This document shows positions 1 through 12,895 of a stretch of DNA of 64,000 bases, in pieces (position 1 is the first letter of the stretch; each line of letters begins with the position of its first letter). The notes beneath the pieces were generated by a model that was given only the letters and a program-made list of their open reading frames with translations, had not been told where the DNA came from and did no database searches. This DNA is from the human T2T-CHM13v2.0 reference genome, Homo sapiens: the NCBI GenBank assembly GCA_009914755.4, contig CP086569.2, positions 14,720,001 through 14,784,000 on the forward strand, written 5' to 3'. The translations under genes and the position numbers were made by a program.

Positions 1-3000
1 CCGCTTTTGCTCTTCATAGCTCCCAAGGTCTTAGACGCTCTGCTTCTCAAACTTTAGTATACTCAAGAATCTCCTGGTGGGCTTGCTCACATGCAGATTC
101 CCAGGCCATACCTCCATAGATTCTGATGTGGTGTGTCTGGGATGGGGCCTGAGAGTCTGCATTTCTAAGAGGATACCAGTAGATACTTGTCCATGGTAGC
201 CCTAATTGAGGCATCACATGTACAGGATCACATGTAATTTTTCAGCATGCTTCATATTGAGTATCCATCTAACTTTCCAGATGACTCTGCTCTTTTGTTT
301 GTTTGTATTTTTCAAGTGTTCATTTTTTCATTCTCATTAGACAATTTTCCCAGACTCCTCAGCATGCCATATTCTTCTGTACCTCTTTGCGTTTGCTTGT
401 AGTAATTTGGAGAGGTAATTCAGCATGGGGATGAAGAGCAAGTGGCAATCCTGTGACTATTAAAGTAGTTCAGAAAATAATCAACACACTGTGGCCTCTC
501 TCCTTAGGGGCTGTGTAATCTTGGGCAAGTGATTTTGTTTTGTATGCCTCAATTTTTATATCTGAAGAAAAATGGGGCAGATTATAATAGGGGCTACCAT
601 GTAGATTCTTGTGATGATTAGACGGCTTAATGCATCCCATGGGTCTTGAATACCCATACAGCATGTGTTAACTCTCTTTGTTTTCTTCTTTACACTTATT
701 ACTTTACCTGTTACTCCAGACCCATATATATATATACTTTTTAATATTTATTTATTTATTTATTTATTTATTTTTTTGCTGTGAAATTCTCCTTCTCCTA
801 CAAAGGCCAGATTTTTTTTTTTCTCTGCCGATGTCTCTAACATTTACCTTTCTTTAGTCCCAGGACCAATTGATGAATCCTTCCTGCCTGTTTGCAAGAT
901 GCCATGTTGATGCTTGCATTCATTGTCTTGTAGTTTTTGCCTTACGTATTTTTTGCAGGTAGAGCCTGAAATTCTTGAGTCTTGGAAACTCATTACCCTG
1001 ATTCCTCCTTCTTGGCTCACTTTTCATTTGTTAGGTTTTAAATAGATGCCATCCACGTGCCTGACCCTGTGCTTGCGAAGAGTTCATTTGGGTGATGGAG
1101 TGCTGTGTGGGGAGTAAATTCAGTCATCTAAATCAGAAATCTTAAGTTCTATGCTCTCAGAAGTGTACCTCTTGATCAATGTGATTCTTTCACTTCATTA
1201 TGTTACATTAGGAGTAATTTGACATTTTTATTACTTCTGGATTACTTTCCAAGTACACTGATAGTAACTGGCTTGATCTTAGGTCGTTATGTTAATATCT
1301 TACATTTGGTTAGGATTTATAGTTTGCAAAGTATTATCACATAAATAAATACCTTTTGCTTTTAAAGAATCTTTCTGAGATGGGAATGGAAAGTATTCAC
1401 TTTCCTTGATTATTATGCAAAATGCTGGATAGAGTGACCCTATCAAAGTCCTGCAGCTAATAAGATGTGGGGACCATAGAATGGGCCTTTATGTCCTTGG
1501 AGACTTTGAAAGAGGAGTCTTAGGAAAGCCTGGAAGATGGGGCAGACTGCATGTTACTTGAGGAAAGTGTGTAAAGGGAGAAAGTGTATTCCGGGTATGG
1601 TTCTCCTTTCTTTTGGTAGTGTGGCCATGAGGAAGAGAAAAAAGAGGGAAGTCAGGTTTTGAGAGACTGGGCAATCTCTCAAACAATAGATGTAGCTATA
1701 TTCTCTTGAAAGCACATAAATATTCATCTTCACATTTTACTGGTTTGTATTGATACTAATTTTCTTTGTCCTATATAAAATTGCTATGTAAATACACTAG
1801 TATAGCAATGGAAAAACTTTCCCTTTACCCTCATAGGTTTCTGTTATTAGGGCCTATAAATTTAATTCACAAAAGACATATTAACAGGAAAACAAGGCAA
1901 ACAAAGCTTATCTGATGATAATATTTTCACATGCACAGGGACTTCACAGAAAAGAAATAAAAACTCAAAGAAGTGGTTAGACCTAGAAGTTTATATACCA
2001 TTTTAATGAAGGGCAATACATTGTGGAGAAGAGAATAGACAAAGAAAAGGAGGTTTTGGGCTCCAGGCAGTAAACTGTGGGAAAGTGACCTAGAAATGTA
2101 TGGTAGATAAGACTTATTTACTAAGGCTTGTTATGCAGATAAGAGTTATTTTTCTCTTCCTGGTATGGGAGAAGGGAACCTTTTTGCAAATGGAAAGTTA
2201 TATTACATTTACAAAGAGAAATTTATGTCTGCTTTTAGGCAGAAATGCGGAAGGCAGAGAGTTCTTCCTGTGTCTACTGTTTCTCAGTTGCCCTTAGCTC
2301 AAAATAATCCTTATGCCACAGTAGCATATTTTGGGATGGCATATTCTGATACTCTTAACTAGGGAATCTGGACCATACATAACCTGATCACATATTATGA
2401 GAGTTGATTAGTGCTCAGTGCTAGAGTGAGAGAATGATGGGAACTGGACATGAGCCTGAGGGCAGTGTTCTCAGTGTGGAAGGTTAAATGAGCAGGTGCC
2501 TCCATGTCACTTAAGTTGTATAAAATAAGAGAAATAAGCACAGTTGATTAGATTGCCTTATGTCTTCCTGGGATATCATCTAATTGTCAACTCTAAAACT
2601 TTTCCTCACCAACAAAAACACCCTGGTTCAAAATTTTTATTATAGTTGTCTATTTGGGAATTTAATTTAAAGAAATATCATTGAACTATGTTGAAGAAAG
2701 TTTGTGTTTTATGACTACTACTTTCTAATAAACAGCTTTTCTTTTATTATAAAAGTAACATTTTTATTTTTTATTGCAGTAAAAAAACCCACACAAACAC
2801 ACACAACATAAAGAGCTATGATCACATCATTGCACACCAGCCTGGGTGAGAGTGAGACCCTGTCTCTGAAAATAATTAAATAAATAAGTCAAAAATTAAA
2901 ATTTACCATGAGAGCCAGTTTTGAGTGTATAGTTAAGTAGCGTTAAGTATATTACAATTGTCGTGCAACAGATCTCCAGAACTTTTTCATCTTACCAAAC

Positions 3001-3206
3001 TAAAGCACAGTACTCATGAAATAACAACTTCTCATTTCCCTCTCTCAGCAACTGGCAACCACCAGTCAACTTTCTTCTTTTATGAATTTGACTATAGAAA
3101 TAACCTTTTTGAAGGATAAGGTTTTTTTGCTTTTTTTTTTTTTTTTTTTTTTTTTGCAAAAATACCTAAAGGTGGATATTATAAGCATAAATAATTTAAA
3201 AGTTTG

Positions 3207-3480
3207 AGGCCAGCACTTTGGGAGGCCGACGTGGGTGGGTCATCTGAGGTCAGGAGGTCAAGACCAGCCTGACCAACATGGTGAAACCACATCTCTACTA
3301 AAAATACAAAAATTAGCTGGGTATGGTGGCAGGTGCCTGTAATCTGAGCTGCTCGAGAGGCTGAGGCAGGAGAATTGCTTGAACCCAGGAGACGGAAGTT
3401 ACAGTGAGCCAAGATTGTGCCATTGTACTCCAGCCTGGTGACAGAGCAAGACTCCACCTCAAAAAAAAAAAAAAAAAAAA
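3207..3480 (+). mobile_element. Alu, 5'-truncated by ~20 bp, with a 25-nt poly(A) tail. It is preceded by a poly(T) tract at 3131-3155.
   Basis: 'ggccagcactttgggaggc...gcctgtaatc...gagccaagattgtgccattgtactccagcctggtgacagagcaagactc' followed by A(25). Confidence 0.9.
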
Positions 3481-5493
3481 GTGTGAAACATTTGACTGTA
3501 TGTCTCCAGAGGCCTAAGGATTTCAATATGCCTACTTATAGGGACTCTTGCAAAGAAAATCAATACAATTTTTCTTACCTCTACCTTTATACTATATGGT
3601 AATATTATTTTGTTTCTTAAAGTAGCAATTTAGAAACCAAATAAATGTCTGTAACTGTTTACTTTGTTTACTATTATTATGCATTATCAGTAAGCCTTTG
3701 CTAAGTAATGCTATGGTAACAAACAGTCCCCAAACTTCACTTTATTTTACTTTTTCTCACGTGCATATCAGGAATAATTTATGCTCATTTTTATGGTGAA
3801 GGATGAAAAATGGCAGAACTTTGGGAAACCTCTTAAAAATTCTGCTGAAATGTGGCACTTGCCGCTTCTCACATTCCGTCAGTCAAGCAAGTCACAGAGC
3901 CAAGAGTGATATCAATGAGACACAGAAGTATATGTAGTAATGGTCATAGATATAGTATCCTCTTCCAGGTAAGGGAGAAAATATTTGGGATTCACACATG
4001 CAATTTACTTTACTAGGCAAATCACTTGTAATGGTGAAATATTATTTTTAATCATGAGCATTTTCATAGGTCTGAAAATAATGGCAACAATAGGAAATGC
4101 TTCAATTCATTTATGTATTGAGAATCTAAAATGAAAATCAACACAGGAAGAATGATTTTTGCATCCTGTCTAAGCCATCACTTATTTAAGATGTTGAAAA
4201 CGATATTCTTTTGCACTAATATGAAAATGGTACTCCCTAATTTAGGACTGGTAAGCGCAACTTAACTGGATAAAATGGTGACCATTCATTGTGTGAAAAT
4301 TCATATAGTGTTTATTTGCATACATTATGTGCATCACAATCTGCTATAAATTTTTTTCTGCACTTAAACTTTTGAATTACTTTACATATTACTCTGCTTA
4401 ATGTCTTGGCTTTATTGATTGGTTCAGCCAATCAACTCTCTGACTTTGTCTATGTCTCCTCCCTTACTTTCCACTTGTTTTCTCAGTCAGGGAATTTTAT
4501 AGAGGTTTATATGTATGAGATTCATGCTTTAGATTAGTAATTTAAAATCTCCCCAAAATATTTGCCATTTTTAACTGGTTTTGCTATTATAGACCACAAA
4601 TTACTGGTGCCAGGCCACACAACATGATATGATGCACCTATGTGCTCAGACCTGCATTTGAGGGGCCACTGAGCTAGACCAAATTTCTTCAAACCTTAAA
4701 GGGCATCACCTGGAGATCTTTTTCAAATGCAGATTCTAATTCAGCTATCTGTGTGAGTCTGAAGGCATTGCATTTCCAACAAGGTCCCAGGTAATCTGAG
4801 GCTGCAGGGTCCATGAACCACACTTTGAACAGCAAGAGTCTAACCAATGAAATTGTGAATACTGAAGTTCATGGGTGTGGCACCTTATCTACATCTACAT
4901 TACTAATTAGTGGTGAAGGTCCTCCTAACGCATGACTGAGTGAAGGTTCCATCCTACTGTGTGTAACCACCATTGTTTATTTAGTTTTGTTCCTAACAGA
5001 AATTATTCTGTGCCTCAAGCCAGGATTTTATTTGATTTCACCACAAGCTATAAAGTTCCTTCAGATAAGCTGGGTTCCAGGATTTTAAAATTAAAGGAGA
5101 AAATGTGTCCAGCACAGGAAGTTATTTATGTTGTGGAGGATAAGTCTCTGGATTGGTAGCAGTCTGTTCATCTATCAGAAAAGTCCCCTGGACATGGCCA
5201 CAAGAGAAATGGAGTGTTTTACACTATAGCAGGTGGGCACAGGAGCAGAGAGGGAGTGTCTTTAAGCACAATACCTACAGCAATGAAATGCTGACTCTTC
5301 TCTGATTTCCTCTCCTTTCTAATTCTATAGACAAGCAAAAGTAGAGATGCATGCCAACCAAAGAGGGGCATATTTTCAGGGCTGCTTTTCTTTCCTGGCC
5401 TCTCCCATCTTGATGAAAAGGACCATGTGAAGTGTGTGTGTGCATGTGCCCAAGCATGTGCCTTGTGGTTGGGAGCTCCATGTAAAACGGCTG

Positions 5494-5799
5494 TTCTTCT
5501 TCTTCTTCTCCTCCTTCTCCTCCTTCTTTTTCTTCTTCCTCTTCTCCTTCCCCTCTCCTCCTTTCTTCTTCTTCTTCTTTCTTCTTCTCCTCCTCCTTCT
5601 TCCTCCTCCTTCCTCCTCCTCTTCTCCTCTTCCTCCTCTTCCTCCTCCTCTTCCTCCTCCTCTTTCTCCTTCTCCTTCTTCTTCTTCCTCTTCCTTCTTC
5701 TCCTTCTCCTCCTCCTCCTTCTTCCTCCTCTTCTTCCTCTCCTCCTCCTCCTTTTTCCTCTTCTTCTTCCTCTCCTTCTCCTCCTTCTTCCTCTTCTTC
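5494..5799 (+). repeat. ~305 bp pure polypyrimidine (TCC/CTT/CTC)n simple repeat; the bottom strand is polypurine.
   Basis: An uninterrupted C/T run. It explains the artefactual ORFs 5275-5865(-), 5376-5801(-), 5427-5837(+) and 5434-5811(+), which translate to poly-E/R/K or poly-L/S/F. Confidence 0.95.
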
Positions 5800-5859
5800 A
5801 CAAAACATTAAAAAGTTACCATTCCAATCACTTTTAAGTGTGTGGTTCTGTGGAGTGAG

Positions 5860-6060
5860 ACACATTCACATTGTTGTGCAACCATCATCACCATCTCCAG
5901 AACTTTTTCATCCTCCCAAACTAAAACTTGCCCCATTGAACATCAATTCCCCCCATTCCCACAACCATCATTCTAATTTCTGTCTCTATGAATTCGACTA
6001 CTCTGAGACCCTCATACAAATGGAATCATAGAATAATTATCCTTTTATGTCTGCCTTATT
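5860..6060 (+). mobile_element. Old L1 (L1M-type) 3'-region fragment. A similar fragment lies at 2930-3075.
   Basis: 'ttgtgcaaccatcatcaccatctccagaactttttcatcctcccaaactaaaacttgccccattgaacatcaattccccccattcccacaaccatcattctaatttctgtctctatgaattcgactactctg'. Confidence 0.6.
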
Positions 6061-6149
6061 TCTCTTAGCATGCCTTATCTCTTTTAAAGTGAAGTTTTAA
6101 TTTAATAAGCATTATTATTATTTTCACTCTGCATTGTTGAACTGAAGGT

Positions 6150-7440
6150 TGGTGGGATGGTATTGTGTCTGGAATTGGTGGGTTTTTGGTCTCACTGACT
6201 TCAAGAATGAAGCTGCGGACCCTTGCGGTGGGTGTTACAGCTCTTAAGGCGGCACGTCTGGAATTGTTCATTCCTCCCGGTGGGCTCGTGGTCTCACTGG
6301 CTTCAGGAGTGAAGCTGCAGACTTTCGCGGTGAGTGTTACAGCTCATAAAAGCAGCGTGGACCCAAAGAGTGAGCGGTAGCAAGATTTATTGCAAAGAGC
6401 AAAAGAACAAAGCTTCCACAGTGTGGAAGGGGACCTGAGCATGTTGCCATTGGTGGCTCAGGCAGCCTGCTTTTATTCTCTTGTCTGGCCCCACCCACAT
6501 CCTGCTGATTGGTAGAGCCAAGTGGTCTGTTTTGACAGGGTGCTGATTAGTGCGTTTACAATCCCTGAGCTAGACACAAAGGTTCTCCACTGTACCCACT
6601 AGATTGGCTAGATACAGAGTGTCGACACAAAGGTTCTCCAAGTCCCCACCAGAGTAGCTAGATACAGAGTGTTGATTGGTGCATTCACAAACCCTAAGCT
6701 AGACACAGGGTGCTGATTGGTGTATTTACAATCCCTGAGCTAGACATAGAGGTTCTCCACTCCTCACCAGGCTCAGGGGCCTAGCTGGCTTCACCCAGTG
6801 GATCTCGCACAGGGGCTGCAGGTGGAGCTGCCTGCCAGTCCCGTGCCCTGCGCTCGCATTCCTCAGCCCTTGGGTGGTTGATGGGACTGGGCGCTGTGGA
6901 GCAGGGGGTGGCACTTATTGGGGAGGCTCGGGCAGCACAGGAGCCCATGGAGTGGGTGGAAGGCTCAGTCATGGCGGGCTGCAGGTCCCGAGCCCTGCCC
7001 TGTGGAAAGACAGCTAAGGCACTGCCAGAAATCGAGCGCAGCGTGGGTGGGCTGGCACTGCTGGGGGATCCGGTACACCCTCCGCAGCCGCTGGCCCGGG
7101 TGCTAAGTCCCTCATTGCCTGGGCTGGCAGGGCCGGCTGGCTGCTCCGGGTGTGGGGCCCGCCAAGCCCACACCCACCCGGAACTCCAGCTGGTCCGCAA
7201 GCACGGCACGCAGCCCTGGTTCCCACTCGCGCCAATCCCTGCACACCTCCCTGCAAGCTGAGGGAGTGGGCTCCAGCCTTGGCCAGCCCAGAAAGGGGCT
7301 CCCACAGTGCAGCGGCGGGCCGAAGGCCTCAAGTGCCGCCAAAGCGGGAGCCCAGGCAGAGGAGGCACCGAGAGCGAGCGAGCCAGCATGCTGTCACCTC
7401 TCAGTATCATCCTCAGTCCCTTGGTCTCTTGGGTTGAATA
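6150..7440 (-). mobile_element. Solo LTR12-family (HERV9/ERV9) LTR in antisense orientation. In + coordinates it runs U5/R, then the reverse-complement polyA signal, then 'attgg' (CCAAT) tandem repeats, then a GC-rich U3 5' portion.
   Basis: 'cagcaagatttattgcaaagag' is the reverse complement of 'tgcaataaatcttgctg'. 'gctgattggtgcatttacaatccctgagctagacacag' is repeated about five times at 6540-6760. A GC-rich block spans 6780-7400. It is homologous in reverse complement to the element at 17805-19285. Confidence 0.8.
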
Positions 7441-10289
7441 ACTGCATATATTAATCCATTATTTTAAAACTATTTATTCATTGTAAAAGCCCCTTGAACC
7501 TAACAAATGCCTGACACATGTGTTTGTCTCCTCAGATTATTTGGTATCTCCTTGGGAAAAGAGGCTGTGGATTACAACTGTTGGGGCTCACTTGAACTCC
7601 TTAAAAGGCAGAGCAAGCTTTTATTTTTTTCTATGTCTTTGAGCACCAAGACTGGCCATGCTCACTAAAGGGAATTGAAGTTTAGAGAATGTGAAATGGG
7701 CGGCATATACAGATTGGTCTAGGGGTCCTTTCTAGTTCTCCCAGAACCCAAGGAAGCAGACTTCATTTTCCCCATTGTACAATATAGAAAACTGGGAGTT
7801 AGATGGAATAATGGACAAGTTTGCCAAAATTTGTTGGTTGGGGGCTACATTGCAGGACTTTTTGTTTTAAAAGCTCATGTTCTTTCTTCATACTTCAAAT
7901 TTCTGTTCTTGGCATCAGAAGCTGAGTAGATTCTCCCTCCAAGTATTTGGAAAGGAAATATAAAACTTAATTTTTTCACCATACTGAATATTGTTTCGTT
8001 CAGACAATATCCCCACACGGAGAACCAGAAACAAAGACATCATAGTCCTTAGGCACTTGGAGTTCAATCTCCTTTGAAATTCTCAGGAAGATCATTTGTT
8101 TTACACAATATTCGCTTTGAACTTGGACTCACTTTGGGACTTTAAGTAACCTACAGGATTCCCTAACTGAACCCAGTTGTCCCATTATGATAGGGAATTG
8201 TTTTTACTCCTCAAATCAAAGTGATAGCAAACTTTTCAAAGTGTAGGGTGAACCTTTGCAAACACTTTTTTTAAAAAATTCCTTTGCTTTAGCTCAGTGT
8301 CTAACCAAGGAAATGAGAAACCATCAGCGCAGGTAGAGAGCTCGCTGGTCAGGTCATCCCTGCTGCTTGCAAAACAATCCAGACCTTGTCTGAGTGGGGT
8401 GAACATGGCAGTCCCAGTAGGAACAGCTTGGGTTGGTCATGGCTGTTAATTTTTTTCTCTATTTCTGAACCCTACAACCCACAGATATGTGTTCATCGCA
8501 TTATTTCCTTTCTGGGTGGCAGGAATCAATATAAAGCTGCTGTGGTGATTTTACCATCCTCCCTTTTATTATTACTTTTGTACCTTTTTATGCCTTGCTA
8601 TGTTATCAACCCTTTTACTGCTCTGAGTTAAAGACAGCACATAAATAGTTATGCAAATAAAATGAAAGCGTATATTGTTTAATTTACCTTTAGTTATTTC
8701 AGAGAGAAAAAAAATACATGTAACCTAAATGTTCCAACGTATTTCTTAACAGTTGTATCTGCTTTGGGAAAAGAATCTCTGTAAATTTTCTTTTAAAATT
8801 TTTATTTCCTTAACTTTGTGTGGGTACATAGTAGGTAGTAGGTGTACATATTTATGGGATACATGAGATGTTCTGATACAGGCATGCAATATGAAATAAA
8901 CACATCATGAAGAAGGGGTTATCCATCCCTTGAGCATTTATCTTTCAAATCTCAGTAAATTGTAAAGCATTTCTGTTCAGTAGGTAGACATCAGCCACAT
9001 TTGCTATTTTAAGTTTACATTTACCTAAATTGAATACAATGAAAATTCTTCGTCTCTGTAGCCTAGTGGTTTTCGACCAGAGGTGATTTTGTCCCCAAGG
9101 GGATATCTGGCAGTGTCTGGAGACATATTTAGTTGTCATTACCAGGGAAGATGTGCCACTAGTATCTAGTGGGGGGCTCAGGGATGCAGCTCAACATGCT
9201 GCATGGTAGTGTTACCATGCACAGAACAGCCACCATCGCAAGGAACCATTGGCCCAATATGTCAACAGTGGCGAGAGTGAGAAACTGCACTAGCCACATT
9301 TCACGTGCTAAGTGTCCTATGTAGCTAGAAGCTGTGATATTGAACAGCACCAACTTAGAGCATTCTCCACTGTCAGTGCTGACATTTGGTTCTGTCAGGC
9401 AGTGTGGTCTCAGGTGAGAGGGAAAAGATAAGAAGGACTGGAAGCAGGGAAGTGATATTCTCATGAAAATACATTTCTTTGAATGAGACCACAGATTCTA
9501 GATTTCTTTGCCATAGACAGGTTCCATCTTAAGTTTCTGAGGTTATGATTGTCACTGAAGTCATACTATTAGTAACAGTACTCAGCTGTTTGTGGAGTAC
9601 TCCCTGATCGACAAATGGTTTGTCATGAATTGTCTCATTTAATTTTTGTAAAACTGTAAAACAAAGAAGCTCTCTATATTCCAGGTGAGAAAAGTGGGGT
9701 GATTTATTTTTCTGTTATAACAATGTGTAGCATGAACCCTTGCAATAAAAAAAGAATATATTTTAAAAAGAAAACTGGCTAGACCATGACCTGTTACATG
9801 GGTGGAGTCCAGGTCTTTATGTGACAATATCTACAAATTCACAGATCATATTTTTATAGGCACATCTCATTAAAGAAAAGCAGAACTCCACTCCCTTCCC
9901 CTCACACTTAAAGAGGACTTATTGACAGATGATGCACCTTTTTTTGACATGTATCAAGTCATTTTATTTTTCATGTTTGGGAAGACCATTTTACTCAGAT
10001 TAGCTTATGCAAATAAAGATAACATAATGCATGTTTCTTAGTTGTCCTTTAACTTCTACTTTAAAAAGAAAATTTGAGGATATCTTTAGTTGCACATTAG
10101 TTATGTTATCTTGGCCAAATGAGGTAATTTGGAGAGAAATCAAAGTATGTAATATTAAATGAGACATATAAGAACCCAATACTAAAATTTAGTCATTTGC
10201 TGGCTGTACAAAGTAAAGGTAGCTAGTTGGCCATTTGTGTTTCATAAAAGACAGTCAAAACAACATTTTGCTTACAGAAGAGAGAAGTA

Positions 10290-10680
10290 CATGATGGACT
10301 GGATAAAAATAATGTGGTACATATACATCATGAAATACTGTGCAGCCATAAAAAGGAATAAGATCATGTCCTTTGCAGGGAGATGAATGGAGCTGGAAGT
10401 CATTATCCTCAGCAAACTTATACAGGAACAGAAAACCAAACATCTTATGTTCTCATTCATAATTGGGAACTAAACAGGGAGGGGAATAGCACACACTGGG
10501 GACTGTTGCAGGGTATGGTAGGAAGAGGGAGAGCATCGGGATAAATAGCTAATGCATGTGGGGTTTAATACCTAGGTGATGGGTTAATAGGTGCAGCAAA
10601 CCACCATGGTACACGTTTACCTGTGTATCCAACCAGCATATTTTGCACATGTGCCCTGGAACTTAAAAATTAAAAAAGAA
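10290..10680 (+). mobile_element. L1 3' end: the ORF2 C-terminus plus the 3'UTR.
   Basis: 'tactgtgcagccataaaaaggaataagatcatgtcctttgcagggagatgaatggagctggaagtcattatcctcagcaaactt...aatgcatgtggggtttaatacctaggtgatgggttaataggtgcagcaaaccaccatggtacacgtttacctgtgta...acttaaaaattaaaaaag'. Confidence 0.85.
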
Positions 10681-11299
10681 GAATTAGGGCACCCACAGAG
10701 AGACCGCTTTTCACAATTTCTACCCTGGATTGTTGAAATAGAAGCATAATTTTAGAGACCCATGAAATGGGTTTCTTATATTTAAATATCTTAATGATTG
10801 CATTGCATAGATGGTTAAGACCAACCACTATTTTCATCTCCACCTGCAACAGAGTCCGCTGTTTTCATTATTTCCTGAGGGTTTATTATGCACCTGAGTG
10901 GACTATCTTTGCACACTACCATGGAGGAAATGATTTCTGGTGAAATGGTTTCCATGCCTTTCTTAGATAAAGGATTTGAGGAAATCCTTTGAGATGCTGC
11001 CTTTCTCTGCTGAGTGATGCAGACAGCATATGATCAGTTTATGTATTACCATATGTTTTGGCCTAAAACTGATGCCTATGGACAGAGTTGCAGTTAACCA
11101 AGATTGTGCTACTGCACTACAGGCTGGGGGACAGAATGAGACTCCATCTCAAAAAAAAAAAATGATGCCTATGGAAATGTGGAATACATTATGTTAAAAA
11201 ATACTTAGGAGTCTCTTTCTCTTCTTAACGTTTGAAAGGAAATTTGTGCTAATTGAGAGGTGCCAAATTTACAGCTTTGAGATCTTGCAAAGTTCATTT

Positions 11300-12320
11300 C
11301 TTGTATAGGATGTACAGGAGCCCAGACTGTGTGTGGCAAGCCACCTAGTTACCGAGGCAGGAGACTGAGGGCACGAGCCGTTCCAGTATAATAAAATATA
11401 TAAAATAAGAATAGTTATACTAGATATAGATCTTAGATATGATTATGAATATCATTAATCATTAGTTTGTAGCAATTATTATTTATTCCAATATTATAAT
11501 AATCCTCGCTCTATAATCATAACCTAGGAAAAACCAGGACATACAGAGACAGGAGCCGAGGAGACGTAGTGAGAAGTGACCAGAAGACAAGAGTGCAAAC
11601 CTTCTGTTATGCCCGAACAGGGTCACCAGAGGGCTCCTTGGTCTAGCGGTAATGCCAGCATCTGGGAAGACGCCCGTTGCCAAGCAGACCTTGGTCTAGC
11701 AGTAGCGTCAGTGTCAAGGAAAAACACCTGCTACTCAGCAGACTGGGAAAGGGAGTCTCCCTTTCCCTGGGGGATTTAGAGAAGACTGTGCTCCTCCACC
11801 TCTTGTGGAGGGCCTGACATCAGTCAGGCCTGCTCGCAGTTATCTGGAGGCCTAACCCTCTCCCTGTGATGCTGTGCTTCAGTGGTCATGCTCCTAGTCC
11901 GCCTTCATGTTCCATCCTGTACACCTGGCTCTGCCTTTTAGATAGCAGTAGCAAATTAGTGAAAGTACTAAAAGTCTCTGATATGCAGAAATAATAGCAT
12001 AAGCTGTTCTCTGTCTCTCTCTCCGCCTCGGCTGCCAAACAGGGAAGGGCCCCCTGTCCAATGGACACATGAGCCACGTGACCTTACCTATCATTGGAGA
12101 TGACTCACACTCTTTACCCTGACCCTTTTGCTTTGTATCCAATAAATAATGGCACAGCCAGACATTCAGCGCCACTACCGGTCTCTGCCTCTTGGTGTTA
12201 GTGGTCCCACAGGTCCAGCTGTCTTTTCTTTTATCTTTATCTTGTGTCTTTATTTCTATAATCTCTCGTCTCTGCTCATGGGGAGAAAAACCCACTGACC
12301 TTGTGGGGATGGGCCCTACA
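11300..12320 (+). mobile_element. Unclassified ERV LTR. It carries the polyA signal 'ccaataaataatggc' (~12140) and a 3' terminus '...gggccctaca'. It contains an internal ~50 bp direct repeat ('ccttggtctagcggtaatgccagc...' / 'ccttggtctagcagtagcgtcagt...').
   Basis: LTR-like layout: enhancer-like repeats, then AATAAA, then a U5-like region ending in CA. Boundaries are uncertain. Confidence 0.35.
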
Positions 12321-12734
12321 CCAGATGAACTAGACTCTCTATTTCTGGACTTCCTTCCCTGGCTCACATAATGCATTTTCAATCATATTTGAAAAAAATG
12401 ACTCTTCCATCAAAAGTGGGCTGTGGAAATGAGGGTTTGTTGTTATAGTAGATGAAATAGATTGTATAGAAAGAAGACATGGCAGGAGGTAGGGCAGACA
12501 TGACTTGGTTGGGAGGTAAAATATATATTTATATATTACAGTTTGCTTAAGAAAATCCATTTGGAGCTTCTCTGTGGTTCCTGGGGTCCCCATATTTTAG
12601 GGGTGAGTCAGGGAGTGACATATGTGAATTACAAATTTCACATGAATGGGACGTGTGCATTTTATTATGATGTCTTCAGTGCCATGCTTATCATTTTAAC
12701 CTTCCGGATCCCTAATGCTTTAAAGCAAGCATGT

Positions 12735-12895
12735 CCAACCCATATTATATATATTTTATATCGTATATGTAATATATATATGTTATATATATAATGCAGC
12801 ATACTATATAGTATACACAGTATCTATATATGATGCCATATACAAGACCATATATATATATATACATACACACACACACATAATAGGCCACATTA
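12735..12895. repeat. AT-rich (TA)n/(TATATG)n/(CA)n low-complexity block. A similar block lies at 24655-24770.
   Basis: 'atatatattttatatcgtatatgtaatatatatatgttatatatataatg...atatatatatatatacatacacacacacacat'. Confidence 0.9.

Noticed and set aside
5275-5865. Four overlapping 125-196 aa ORFs (poly-Glu/Arg/Lys on the minus strand, poly-Leu/Ser/Phe on the plus strand).
   Set aside because: Pure translation of the (TCC/CTT)n simple repeat. There are no start/stop context, splice signals or domains.
6781-7454. Several 76-209 aa ORFs on both strands in a GC-rich block; the same pattern occurs at 17877-18433.
   Set aside because: They lie inside the GC-rich U3 regions of the two LTR12 elements. 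Overlapping ORFs on both strands are a stop-codon-depletion artefact of high GC content.
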